Shown here in pieces: positions 51,330-64,000 of a stretch of 64,000 bases of DNA. The position numbers and the translations under genes were made by a program. Source of the stretch: Octopus bimaculoides (Eukaryota); contig NC_068983.1 of the NCBI RefSeq assembly GCF_001194135.2, forward strand, positions 155,124,984 through 155,188,983. Reading direction: 5' to 3'. The notes beneath the pieces are model-generated. The model searched no databases. It saw nothing but the letters and a program-made list of their open reading frames with translations, and was not told the DNA's origin. Each line of letters opens with the position of its first letter. The first letter of the stretch is position 1.

Positions 51330-52110
51330 TTTTCTTGTGGAAGAGACACATTTTACTGGTTGGTGGACCATCTACTGCCAAACCTTTCTCCACGAAGGAC
51401 TTAGCATATCAAAGCATATGATACCTAGACATCCACTGAGGCTGTGGAACCTACAGAGATATCAGGATGGTGAACAGGTGTAGTTGTTGTTTTTGAGACA
51501 TGTTTTCCCATAGCTTGTCTCATTGACAAAGCTGCAGTCTTCAGAGAAGCAAAGACCTGTGACTCCTAGAAGGTGCCTGTTGCTGAACCTGGCACACACA
51601 AAACTGTTAGTCAGTAATTCAGCCATTGAAATTTCCACTTTCTATAGAAGACTAATAGTAGGAAAGCATCAACAATGTTCTCAAAGTAACTCTAAGCATT
51701 AACAAGAATCAACTGGAAAGTCTGATTTCAAGAGGATTTTCAAACCAATGAACATCTTCAAGAAATTCCATGCACTAAGATAAATACTGCATCCATGAAA
51801 ATTTCGTCAGCTGGCCAGACCAAAAAGCAGGCACAGCAACAACGCCCTTCTACAGACACTCATTTGGTATCCATGCATTGATTTATGGAGTTATGTAAGA
51901 TAGGTTTTAAGTACTAGCTAAATCTATCATGAAAATCATCTTGGTCCTATCTATGGCTGAGAAGAGCATGTAGTTTTTCTATAGCCAAAGACAACATTAC
52001 TGAAAGGAGCCAAAACTGATACTTTCTTTATTTGGCTAAGCCTTCATTAATGCCTTTATTAATTTCTTGAAGTTCCATTCTGAGGTGAAGGTGAAGATGG
52101 AGTGGTGATC
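51330..52110 (+). mobile_element. Possible decayed L1/Tx1-like ORF2 3' remnant (alternative: exon 51326-51477)
   Basis: Raised GC and broken frames containing PMNIFKK, DLWSYVR, LKGAKTDTF and INFLKFH, which resemble from memory the C-terminus of Tx1-type ORF2; unverified. Confidence 0.35.
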
Positions 52111-52299
52111 ATTGCTTGTGTGAATGTAACTATTCTCAGCACACCTTTAAAAACCAGGAATTATAACTGAGGGGGATCTGAGTAATTCTTGATCTCTAGA
52201 ATTCATTGGTTTGTAGAAGAAGTAGGCCTCCTCTTGGGATTTTCTTCATATTTGTGTGTACATTCCTTTTTTTTTCATTTCTTTTTTGTTCTTACATGC

Positions 52300-52600
52300 T
52301 GGTATGGCTGTATGAAGTTTGCTTCTCAATCTCATGGTTCTGGGTTCAGTCCCACTGTTTGGCATCTTGGGCAAGTGTCTTTTATTATAGCCGCAGGCTG
52401 ACCAAAGCGGTGTCAGTGAATTTGGTAGACAGAATCTGAAGGAACCTTATCATGTGTGTCTCTGTTTGCTCTCCACCACTGCTTGACAACCAGTGTTGGT
52501 TTGTTTATGTCTCCATTATTTTGCAGTTCAGTAAAAGAAAGAGACTGACGGTTCCCCAACATAGCTGAAGTCCAAAAACTGAAACAAGTAAAAGATAACA
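52300..52600 (+). mobile_element. SINE family A, degenerate
   Basis: CATGGTTCTGGGTTCAGTCCCACTG...CTTGGGCAAGTGTCTT...CTGAAACAAGTAAAAGA. Confidence 0.8.
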
Positions 52601-53478
52601 GATTCTATTCAATTCCAATGAAAACCAATTGCATTTCCATTCATGTGTCTTTATAACATTCCCTCGTCTAGCATCTGTGTGACTACAATAACGAAAAGGA
52701 ATATCTTCACTGCTACTACTGCTATAACTAATATAGCATTTACTACTATTGCTACTAAAATATCTACCAACAACATCATCTCTGGTACCACCACTGCCAC
52801 CACCACCACTTCCAAATTCCATCAGTGTCAACTAATTATCTTCATTCAACACATTTCATAAACATTCATGTTTACTATAAAATGCGTATATACGCACACA
52901 CATACACATATATTCATTCCATAACTACATATGCCCACACACATACATATCCACAACTACATATGCACCCACACATTCAAACATACGTTCCTCTCTATCT
53001 CAAACACCCATACATATGCACACATACTCACACATAAATACAAATACCCAAGTACAACTACACACACACACACACACACACACACAACTGTTTACATACA
53101 TATTACAAGCTTATCTCAACTTTGTGAGACTTATTTGTTACCAGTGTTTTCTGACATCTTATATTCTAATTTCTCAGTAATATATAATAAAGGAACTGTT
53201 GCCTTTTGTTTTCTACTTGGCACTGGGTGGGGGGATGAGGGAATGAACCACTTACCCCCGCCCCCTGGCTAACTGGGAGTGGGCTGTAGGTTACTTACAT
53301 TTTTTTTTGTTTTTGCTGCTTTTTTTTTTTCAAATTTTGTTTTGAAAAAGTTATTTTTGCCATTTTTGTTGTTGTTTAAGCCTCATCCCCAAAGCCAAAC
53401 CTTGCCCTAGCAGAATATTATTTGGCATAGGTGGCTGTGTTCCATTCATGACTTTTCTAAGCCATGGTTTATCTAAGA

Positions 53479-53867
53479 CAGTGGTTTAGGCACCTTGGTT
53501 CATGTGCCTACTCTAACCACTAGGCACATGGCCTAGTGGTTAGAGCAGTGCACTCACAATCAAAGGATCATGGGTTCCATATGGTCCCAGACGGTCCTGC
53601 TGGGGATGGGGAGCATGCAATAGAATAATAAATTGGGGATCACAATAATATTTTATGAGTCCCTGAAAAATGTTACTTTGGATGTATTTATTGGTATAAC
53701 ATTTTACATAGTTCAACCTACACAAGTTAATGTGTGAATAACAAAATAGGGATTTTGAAAGAAATATCTCTAAAACTAGTTTTTAAACATCGAATGGCTA
53801 TGCGAGGTTCACCAGAATAAGATAGTAATCAAAGAAGTCTATAAATAAAAAATGGTTGAGGACCCTG
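53479..53867. mobile_element. hAT-superfamily MITE containing a nested tRNA-SINE head
   Basis: Perfect 8-bp TSD ATCTAAGA at 53471-53478 and 53868-53875; right end GGTTGAGGACCCTG; left end CAGTGGTT diverged. Confidence 0.75.
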
Positions 53868-54103
53868 ATCTAAGACTACAATATATAATGTATCTTTCCA
53901 TTGTCTTTAGTAGATGTTCTGGCTATTATTTCTAGCAATTGTTTTTATTTTTATTAGTAAAAGATACTGTAGTCTGCCAGACTTGAAATGCCTATCAGTT
54001 CTGTGATTGTGTTAAAATTTTGCTAGTTAACTTTGCTTTTCCTTCCTTGGAGTAGTCAAAGCATTTGTGGTGTAAAACAAATACCAAGCATATACACAGA
54101 TCA

Positions 54104-54295
54104 TGGAGGCACATGGCCTAGTGGTTGGAGCAGTGGACTCACAGTCGAAGGATCGTGGGTTCGAATCTCAGACCGGATGACGTGTGGGTTTATGAGCGAA
54201 ATACCTAAGCTCCACGCGGCTCCAGCAGATGGTAATGGCGAACTTCTGCTGACTCTTTCACCACAACCTTCTCTCATTCTTTCTTCCTGCATCTA
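54104..54295 (+). mobile_element. SINE family G subfamily, 3'-truncated
   Basis: GGAGGCACATGGCCTAGTGG...GGGTTCGAATCTC...CTCTTTCACCACAACCTTCTCTCA; followed by a family B fragment at about 54365-54490. Confidence 0.82.
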
Positions 54296-55375
54296 GTTCT
54301 TATCATCTTGTTCTTCTTATCATCCCCACCCCACCATCCTCCACCTCCTTCTCTTCCTTCTCTCTCAGGGCAGTGGATTGGCAGAATTGTTAGTGTTAAA
54401 CAAAATATCTTGTATTTACTTTGGCTCTTTAGATTTTGGTTTCAAATCCCGTTGTGATCAATTTGGCCTTTCATCTCTTTGTGGTCAAATCTTAAAAGGC
54501 AAAAACTGTAGGGGCGTGTATGTGTGTGTGTATGTGTAATGTTGCATAAAGCAACATTAAACGGAATGTATTTGTGTAAAGACATATTTAACACATTCAA
54601 GTGCACTTGGACATTAAAAAAGATGACCTTTTAATGTGGACCTAGGCCGGAGAGAAAATTCTCCTGTTAGAGTATGTAAACATCAGATGGGCTCTCAACG
54701 ATGTCATCGGATTGTAGGACACATGCATTTCTGTATCATTTCACTTTGTCAGCTCTGAACACCAAATCTGTCTTTCATAAGCCAATAAGAAGGGAATTAT
54801 TCTTATTAAAAACATCATACATTCCATATGTTGATAGTTGTAAAGCTTAGTCAAGCTAGAATTAAATAATGTTGTACAAAGTAGCATTGAACAAAATATA
54901 TTCGCGTAAAATGATATACAACTTGTTTGAGTGCACTTCTATTTGAGCCAGCATTCTTTATTAAATGATATGAACACATTTTTCTTGAGTCTTCATATGA
55001 ACACGTTTTTCTTGAGTGTTTAATAGGTTCCAAAGTGAAATTCTAGGATATCTTTCTGATTGACCAACTATGCAGCCAATCAAATAGATTGTTTCTATTA
55101 TGTCAGTATACATTTTGGTACCATTTCTTTCATAGAGTAGATCTTAGCCAATCAGAATATATTTTAGTGGTTTGGGCTATTCTCCGCTGTGGCTGTAATT
55201 TACAATCAACAGAATTATACGCCACAGGTGTTTAAAGGTTGAACAAATTGAATGTAAGTAGTGATTTGTATGTAATCATGCATATGTGTGTATGTTTGAC
55301 TGTGTGTGAAAGTAAGACAAACAAAAGCAAACATAGCCAGTGGTAGCAGATATGCTACATATATGCATGTATGGG

Positions 55376-55439
<64 letters not shown>

Positions 55440-55808
55440 NNNNNNNNNNNNNNNNNNNNNNNNNNNNNNNNNNNNNNNNNNNNNNNNNNNNNNNNNNNNN
55501 NNNNNNNNNNNNNNNNNNNNNNNNNNNNNNNNNNNNNNNNNNNNNNNNNNNNNNNNNNNNNNNNNNNNNNNNNNNNNNNNNNNNNNNNNNNNNNNNNNNN
55601 NNNNNNNNNNNNNNNNNNNNNNNNNNNNNNNNNNNNNNNNNNNNNNNNNNNNNNNNNNNNNNNNNNNNNNNNNNNNNNNNNNNNNNNNNNNNNNNNNNNN
55701 NNNNNNNNNNNNNNNNNNNNNNNNNNNNNNNNNNNNNNNNNNNNNNNNNNNNNNNNNNNNNNNNNNNNNNNNNNNNNNNNNNNNNNNNNNNNNNNNNNNN
55801 NNNNNNNN

Positions 55809-55867
<59 letters not shown>

Positions 55868-55879
55868 GTATATGTATAT

Positions 55880-56385
55880 ATCATCATCATCATCATCGTT
55901 TAATGTCAGCTTTCCATGCTGGCATGGATTGGACGATTTGAATGAGGACTGGCGAACCAGATGGCTGCACCAGGCTCCAATCTGATCTGGCAGAGTTTCT
56001 ACAGCTGGATGCCCTTCCTAACGCCAACCACTCCAAGAGTGTAGTGGGTGCTTTTGCCTACAACTGGCATGAGGTCCAGTCAGGCAGTACTGGCAACAGC
56101 CACGCTCAAATGGTGTTTTTTACGTGCCACCTGTACAGGAGCCAGTCCAGTGCCACTAGCAACAACCTCGCTCGAATGTCTTTTTTCATGTACCACCAGC
56201 ACAAGTGCCAGTAAGGCGACACTGGTAATGATCACGCTCAAATGGTGCTTTTTACGTGCCACCGACATGGAAGCCAGACAGCTGCTCTGGCAATGATCAC
56301 GCTTGGACGGTGCTCTTAGCACTCCACTGATTTGATTTCGATTTCACTTGTCTCAACAGGTCTTCACAAGCAGAGTTTAGTGTCC
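55880..56385 (-). mobile_element. RTE-clade 3' end with repeated internal units
   Basis: (CAT)n tail, CCATGCTGGCATGG hairpin, recurring CACGCTCAAATGGTG...TTTTACGTGCCACC units. Confidence 0.88.
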
Positions 56386-56845
56386 AATGAATATATATAT
56401 ATACATATATATATATAAATATATATACACACATACATACATATATAGGTATTTATATATATATATATATAATTTTAATTTATTTTGATCATATTTGTCT
56501 TTTGCTACTCTGAGTTTCAGTCTAAGATCTTCAGGCATATCAGATTCCATGCACCTACAAGTGAAAATCAGGGTAGCAAAAGATTGACTCAAACAAAATG
56601 AAATATATTATTTAGCTCAATCATGATATTGAGTACTCTTTTTTTTTTTTTTACCATTTGTTAATACTAACAGGATATATAAGCATGCAATGTATGCATG
56701 TATGTAGACATATGTATGTATACGTAAGAGTGAATACTTGATGCGTAAAAGACATTTCCTTCTTTTTACCCATTTCCTGAGTGTAAAGCGAATAACCTTG
56801 TACAGTCTGTAAGATATATATATATATACATACATACATACATAC

Positions 56846-56925
<80 letters not shown>

Positions 56926-57479
56926 ATATAAAATGTAATATAATATAATTAATATAATATAAAAAACGCTTATAATCAGTTAAACGGAAGAAGGTGTGTA
57001 TGAGAAATGATATAGATAATTTTAAACTCAAGAGACATCATATTAGTTTCAGGAAAAGAATCAAACAACAAATATCATTGGTTGCTTTTCAACAATGACC
57101 CATCCAATCAGAACAGATATGAATATATGGGAAATTTGACTTTTAATCTTCCTTTTATTTGTAATATATACTAGACTACACTACTCGTTACCCGTTGGGT
57201 CACTAGGGAGGTCTGAGCTTCCCAGCAATGGAGTTTTGTTTCCTGGGATTTTTCTTATTTCTTTTCCATGTTATTTCGCATGCTTTCAACAAATGTGGCA
57301 TTGAAATCATGTGTAAATAGCTCCTTTCCCCAGAAAAGGAAAGATTTGGCTGCCATTTCTTGCACACCCTTCTACCATGAAACAAGTATTTCAGGTCCAT
57401 TATCGCAAATGGCTGTTATGTGGTAGCAGGGCGTGCTAGAAATAGAAGTCAAATCTTTGGAGGTGAGATATATTGAGTG

Positions 57480-58120
57480 TACTTGAAAAAAAAGCACTAA
57501 GTCCACTCTGCTGAGTGGTTGGTGTTAAGAAGGGCATCCAGCTGTAAAACTCCTGCCAAAACAGTCCCAGAAGTCTGGTGCAAGCTTCGGCCTGGCCAGC
57601 TCTTGTGGTACCATCTTCGGCCTGGCCAGCTCTTGTGGTACCATCCCACCCCTGGTAGTATGGAACACGGACGTTAAATGATGATGATGATGTATGTATG
57701 TTTATTTGTGTGTCTTTGTGTCTGTGTTTGTCGCCTCACCATCACTTGACAACTAATGTTTGGTGTGTTTGTGTCCCTGATACTTAGCGGTTCAGCAAAA
57801 GAGACTGATAGAATACTAGGCTTACAAAGAATAAGTCCTGGGATTGATTTCTTCAACTAAGGGCGGTGCTCCAGCATGGCCACAATCAAATGACTGAAAC
57901 GTGTAAAAGAGTGTATGTTTATATATATCACCATCATCATCATCATCGTTTAACATCCGCTTTCCATGCTAGCATGTGTTGGACAATTTGACTGGGGACT
58001 GGCGAACCAGATGGCTACACCAGACTCCAATCTGATCTGGCAGAGTTTCTACAGCTGGATGTCCTTCCTAACGCCAACTACTCCGAGAGTGTAGTGGGTG
58101 CTTTTTACGTGCCACCGGCA
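57480..58120. mobile_element. Cluster: RTE-type tail (+, 57480-57690), family A tail (+, 57700-57910), RTE tail (-, 57925-58120)
   Basis: Each segment matches copies elsewhere; perfect 30-bp tandem duplication at 57585-57644. Confidence 0.85.
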
Positions 58121-58447
58121 CATATATATATGTATATGTGTGTGTGTGTGTGTATGTATGTGTATAGGTGAGTAGCCTAGTGATTATGGTGTTGGTATTT
58201 TGATCATCTTGTGATAGAATCAGCTCTCAGGTAGGACAGGCTGTTGTATCCATGAGTGCATGACTGAGAGATTGAAAGTGTTTGTGTGTGTGTGTGTATT
58301 CTTAGGGGTGATACATAAATAAGGACATAGTCAGGTCATTTAGAATAAATGAGTTATCGCTAGCAATTTGAATGTCAGCACGTTTAATCCATAACGAACA
58401 CATGCGCACACACACACACACACACATATTTGCGGATGCATATATTG

Positions 58448-58523
<76 letters not shown>

Positions 58524-58657
58524 AAAGCAGACATTAAACGATGATGATGATGACGATATATATATATGTATTTCAATTGAAAATTGAGCTGATAAAATAA
58601 AGTATCTCATATCCTCATTACAAAGATTAATTCCCTACTATAATATATACACACATA

Positions 58658-58719
<62 letters not shown>

Positions 58720-59596
58720 CAAATGCACACATATATAATCATTATTATTTGATGTCTGTTTTCCATCTTGGTATATCTGTATATGCACACTCATGCATAG
58801 AGAAATAGTGTATGAAGTAGAGGAGAGGATTGCTAGGTAGGGCATGCAAATTAAAGAGAGAGAGAGAGAGAAAGATATGATTAATGTCATAGCATTAATA
58901 CATACATCGTAAGCCGTACTTGTTATGTATTAATTACCTTTACTGTTTTAAATTGTTGTACAGAGTTCAAACAGTCATGTCCTTATAAGGAATCAAGTGG
59001 GAGATAATAGAACTGAGGGTCAGAGTATGTTGGACAGAGTGTAAGTCATTTCTGATATTCAGCTGTCAGAATTCTAAAGTTCTATTTGCTTTAATTTTAT
59101 GTTGCTATGAGAAGCATATCCTGGTTTATAACTAAGGACTGTATGCAATGGTAGATGTGCAACAATTGACTCAACATTAAACACACACACACTCAAATGC
59201 ACACACACACGTACATGCACAGAGGCCTCTAAGCACGACACAAACACAACTTAAACATCTTTCTTAATTGAAAGTATAAGATTTGGAGGACAATAGAATT
59301 AGAATAATATGGCCTGATGCTCTTCCAATCACCAACTTTCACCTGTTTTCAAGCAAGCTAATACTTCCTTCCTAGTCTTTTGTTTACTGTGCTGTTCATG
59401 TTTGAAGGATTAGGGAAGTTTAGGGAGACAGGAAGAACATCTGTCCATTGAAAATATTATGCCCTGATGAATTTTGTTTGACTCATGAAAGCCTACAAAA
59501 ATTTACATTAAAATGATGACAAAGTACATGAATCTGTTAGCATCTCCATGCCCCTACAAGGTTTTGAACTTGGAACATTATTATCATTAGTAGCAG

Positions 59597-60110
59597 CATC
59601 ATTTAATTTTGGTTTTCCATGCTGGCATGGGTTGGACGGATTGACAGGAGCTGGCTAGCCAGGGAGTCTGTCCTGACTCTAATTGTCTGTTGTGGCATGG
59701 TTTCTATGGCTGGAAGCCCTTCCTATCACCAACTACAGTACAGAGTGTGCTGGGTGCATTTATGCAGCACTAGCACAAGTGTATGTTATGTGGCACTGGC
59801 ACCTGTAAAAGACAAGCCTGTATGTATGGTTGACAAAGATTTTACTTAACCGGACATGCCTTCCCAAGTACAGCAAATAACCACAACTCCCGGTTCCTTG
59901 CCATTTCTTCAGTGAGGTCAGATTCCGAAGATCCTTTCTCACCACTTTGTCTCCCATCTCCCTGGCTTTACCCCTTCCACATGTTCCCTCCACAATTAGA
60001 GCTTGACACCTCTTTATGCAGCTGTCTTCATAAAGGCATATAGCTTAAATCCCACAAGACTGTTTACCAATCCTTCCATTAGTTGTGTCGTGCACCAACC
60101 ACCCTTATAA
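59597..60110 (-). mobile_element. RTE-clade LINE 3' end with ORF2 remnant
   Basis: Minus frame EDSCIKRCQALIVEGTCGRGKAREMGDKVVRKDLRNL resembles the RTE G...RGRPR..W...V..D C-terminal motif and is followed by the shared 3' tail. Confidence 0.85.
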
Positions 60111-61128
60111 TCATAACAATAGCAACATCAATTTATTTAATTTGAACTTGATTTCATTTGATTTCTTTCTTAATGGCAATTAATTCAGCAGCAGCAGCAG
60201 CAGAAGTAGCAGCAGTTACTTCTTCAACAATTGTAGAAGAAAACTGAAAAACATCTGCAAAAACAATAGAGACACCGACAAGAGCAAAAACAAGGAGATT
60301 TGCATTAATACCAACAAAAGAAGCAGCTGTACTGACAGCTACACTAATAAAGGACAAAGCATAACGGCAACAACCACAACAACAATAACAACAGCTTCGG
60401 CCATAAAAACAAACAAAAACAGCTGTAGCAACAACGAACAACAATTAACCATAATAATTATAACCACACCAGCCTAACTTCCTTCCCACATATAACACCA
60501 TTAATACAAGTCTTTCTTGCTTCAGTTTCTTCATCATTGAGATCGTCTTCCACCACCATCACCACCACTACTATCAACTACACCACCACCACCACCATCA
60601 CCACATCACCAAACTTAGCCATAACATGCAAAAATCGCAGTAGTGTCTTTAACCTCATTAGCTCTTTTGTTTTATGCACAAACACCAGAAATTAGTGCAG
60701 AGAACCTGCAGCTGTTGAATATTGGTGCAATCCACTTCCCTTGCTTCTACCATTTCCACCCCACAGGACCTTGGACAGTGAAGAGGAAAATCAGCATATC
60801 CATACAAGCCACTCTGCATCCCCATATGATAAACCAGTTCCCTGCACAGCTGCTTGACCTGCTGGAAGTGGCACCCGAATTTCTCTCAAATTACACCCTT
60901 ACCAAGATAAATGTATATTGGATAGTTTGTCTGTAGTAAAGTGTCCGGAAAAGAAGTTACAATCAGAATACTTTTGATCATAGTTCTGCTTGATCAAGAC
61001 TTGCCTGGGGTTAAACAGCAGAAGCAATAACCACTGGGTGAGTGTGCAGTACGGTCCTCAAATAGGATGGCAAAATGGTGTTTCTGAAGTAATCGATCAG
61101 TTGCTCATAGCTGTTTGATCTACATCTT

Positions 61129-61410
61129 ATAGTGGTTAGGGAATGGAGCTCATGATCGTGAGATTGTGGTTTCAATTCCTGGACCAGGTAATGCATTGTG
61201 TTCTTAAGCAAAATACTACCCTTCATGTTGATCCAGTTCACTCAGTTGCAGAAGTGAGTGCCACTAGTGGAGGCAGCTTGCTTAGTGGTTAGGGTGTTGG
61301 ATTCACAACTGTAAGATTGTGGTTTTGATTCCTGGACTGCGCGATCTGTTGTGTTCTTGAGCAAAACACTTCATTTCATGTGTTTCCATCCACTTAGCTG
61401 TAGAAATGAG
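61129..61410 (+). mobile_element. Two tandem family E SINE heads
   Basis: TAGTGGTTAGGG...GATTGTGGTTT..ATTCCTGGAC...GTGTTCTT.AGCAAAA occurs twice (about 61130 and 61285). Confidence 0.8.
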
Positions 61411-61789
61411 TTTAGCATGGAGAGGAATGGGCTCTGCCAACTTTCTAACCCTAGATATGCTGCATGGCTGCAGCACCCCAGTGACCCCCAGCAGGACTTG
61501 TCAATTGTCAACAGGACCCCAAGGGACTTGTCAGTTGTCAGCTGTTTGATCTACATCTTGTATGCCATAGGTCTGCTGAATCAGTGAGGACTTGCTACAA
61601 CACCAACACAGTTGCTAACAACTATAAATATGTTGAACCAATATTGGCACTACAACTACTGCCTCCCTTACTGTGTTCTTGCAGTAAATATTGGTGCTGC
61701 TTTTACTTGTGAATCTAATTTGTTGCCAATTTCAATCACTGGGTGGCTCTTGGGTGGCAGAAAAGCCTAGTAAGGCTTTCAAACATATC

Positions 61790-62175
61790 TTCTATCTTTT
61801 ACCTTCTACTTATTTCAGTTATTGAACTGCGGCCATGCTGGGGCATCATCTTGAAGGGTTTAGTTAAGCAAATTGACCCCAGTACTGACTTTTCAAAGTC
61901 TGGCACTTATTCTGTCTGTTTCTTTTGCCAAACTGCTAAGTTACAGGGACATCAACAAACCAACACCAGCTGTCAAGCAGTGGTGGGGAGCAAACACACA
62001 CACACACAAAATGAGCCTTTTTCACAATCCATCTAACAAATCCACTTACAAGGTTTTGGTTGGCCCAGGCCTGTAGTAGAAGACACTTGCCCAAAGTGCC
62101 AAGTGCCACACAGCAGAGCTGAACCAAGAACCATGTGGTTGGGAAGCAAGATTCTTACCACACTACCACTCCTGC
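61790..62175 (-). mobile_element. SINE family A, near full length
   Basis: Reverse complement of the tail (CTTATTTCAGTTATTGAACTGCGGCCATGCTGG) through the head (GAAGACACTTGCCCAAAGTGCC...CTTACCACAC). Confidence 0.85.
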
Positions 62176-62813
62176 ACTATATATTTGCATCAGAGAGAAA
62201 ACTCTGCTGAAAGTACCCAGCCAAGGACCAGGTGATGATGTTAAACCTTGGGCATGTGTCCTCTTTTTTGAACTGGTAAAGTTTATTATGTTTACCAATG
62301 AATTCCTTGGTAGCTGGGTTTCTAGGATAGAAAGGTGCTAGGGTCAATGTGGGGTAGATGAAGGACTAGAAGAGAATAAGAAAATGGGTGAGATAAGGGT
62401 GAATAGATTTTTCCTCACCATATCTTTTGCGTAACACTCGTCATTTTTTATATTTCCTAAAGAGATTTTACAGATATGGTTAAGGGGCCTTGCTTAGTAT
62501 TTATATAATTTGGTTTGATCCCACTTCTCAGAAGTCCATCTTTTCTGTGTATTTGTGTATATGTATGATTATGCGTGTATGTGTTGTGTGTGCGTTTCTT
62601 CAATGTGCAAATTTCTGAGAAAACTGATAAACAAAAGCTTTTGAACAAAAGTACTTTGTGATAATCACTCTGTCCAAGTTGGAAAAACACTCCCTTATCA
62701 CACTTGCCATCAAGAATATGAGTCAGTGATTAATTCACTGATAAACTTTTAAACAATAGTGGTGTTTGTCACAAAATGTAAAATAAATGTAACTAAATAT
62801 ACTTCATATGTAA

Positions 62814-62882
<69 letters not shown>

Positions 62883-63302
62883 CATACATACACACAAACA
62901 CATACATATATATTTATGTATACACACACATCTGTTTGTTGCTGCTCTATGGATTTGCAGATGTTAGCATGTGTGCATGTAGCGTGACCTGCTTATTTAA
63001 ATGTGTGTGAATGTGACATATATATATACACCCTAATCTGTGTTTCTGTTCATGCATATTCCTATATGTACACTTGTATTTGTATGTGTGTGGATATATC
63101 TTTCGTCATTTTTGCTAGCATGTCTTAAAGAAAAAGAAATTGCTTTCTAGTGATGTGAAGACAATTTTTAGTGACTTAAGTAAGAATCAAACCAATCACC
63201 TTTTGCTGTATTATTGCAATATGAAACTATTCATCCATTCATTGGAAACCATAAATTTCTTTCAGTAGAATTATCTGTGTGTGTCTCAACTTTCTTTTTT
63301 AA

Positions 63303-63523
63303 CTCTTTAGCATTCAGATTACACTGACAAATGTAATGTTTATTTATCCATATGGTTTTGAAGTAATCAGGCATTATCTCATGCCTTTGAGATTTCCATG
63401 ATGTAACTGTTTATTTTTTAGGATGACATTGTAGGGTAGGTGTGAGAGTCCTTACCTGGTCAGTTTGAACATAAAACAACAATAATATTTTGGCCGGACA
63501 TGGTCAGTTTAAATGCTAAATAG
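63303..63523 (+). mobile_element. piggyBac-like MITE, family P1
   Basis: TTAA-CTCTTTAGCATTCAGATT...GTTTAAATGCTAAATAG-TTAC. Confidence 0.8.
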
Positions 63524-64000
63524 TTACTCTTTATATCTTATGTATCCGTTTATCCAGCCATCCATTCATCTGTCCATTTGTTCAGCCATCCATCCATCCA
63601 TGTGTGTGTATGTTTAACTGCCTGCCTCTGACAGTATTGTCCAAACTATCTGGAAGAAATAAATCACTGAAGCTAATATATCTATTTATCTTTGTTTTTT
63701 GATCATCAAATAGATCAGGAAATAAAGAACAAATGTTTATTCATCTATGTGTATCTAGCCACCTTTTATTCTTATTCTTTGTCTTCTTTCTCTTTCCCCA
63801 CATACATATATACATGCATATATACACACACTCATACATATATAAATGTGTGTGTGCATGTATAAACTTATGCATATAGCCATTGGTCTCTAATATTGTC
63901 CTCTATGTGCATCTCATCTATTTAAGTAGCTAGCAGTGTGTGCATGTGTATGTATCCTTATACATATTTGTTTATCCGTATGTATGTATGTATGTATGTA

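Noticed and set aside
54104-54180. tRNA-like sequence with A and B boxes
   Set aside because: Continues into a SINE body and lacks a complete cloverleaf; this is a SINE head, as are all tRNA-like hits here.
55055-55160. Paired CCAATCA boxes as a promoter
   Set aside because: Short motif without CpG enrichment or other support; expected by chance or within old repeats.

Overview
Eukaryotic, AT-rich, largely non-coding DNA with 14 N-gaps, most flanked by simple repeats. From the repeat families I recognise, it is very likely an octopus (coleoid cephalopod) scaffold; this is an inference, not a database match. No host gene could be identified. The long ORFs in the track are microsatellite or N-gap artefacts, and only a few short, low-confidence candidate exons remain. 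The window is dominated by (TA)n/(TG)n/(TC)n/trinucleotide microsatellites, at least four tRNA-derived SINE families (my labels A, B, E, G), many 5'-truncated RTE-clade LINE 3' ends, a second RTE-like ORF2 fragment, an R4/Dong-clade fragment sitting in a (TAA)n tract, and MITEs of hAT (8-bp TSD), piggyBac-like (TTAA) and mariner type. Best leads: a non-repeat CpG-rich, ETS-motif promoter candidate at about 17.8-18.05 kb; a cluster of nested inverted repeats at 39.4-40.4 kb including an unexplained 159-bp hairpin; modular SINE head/tail swapping; several nested insertions with intact TSDs; and a 20-bp direct repeat bracketing a SINE dimer. I found no evidence for a wholly new biological system. 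Boundaries of degenerate repeats are approximate.
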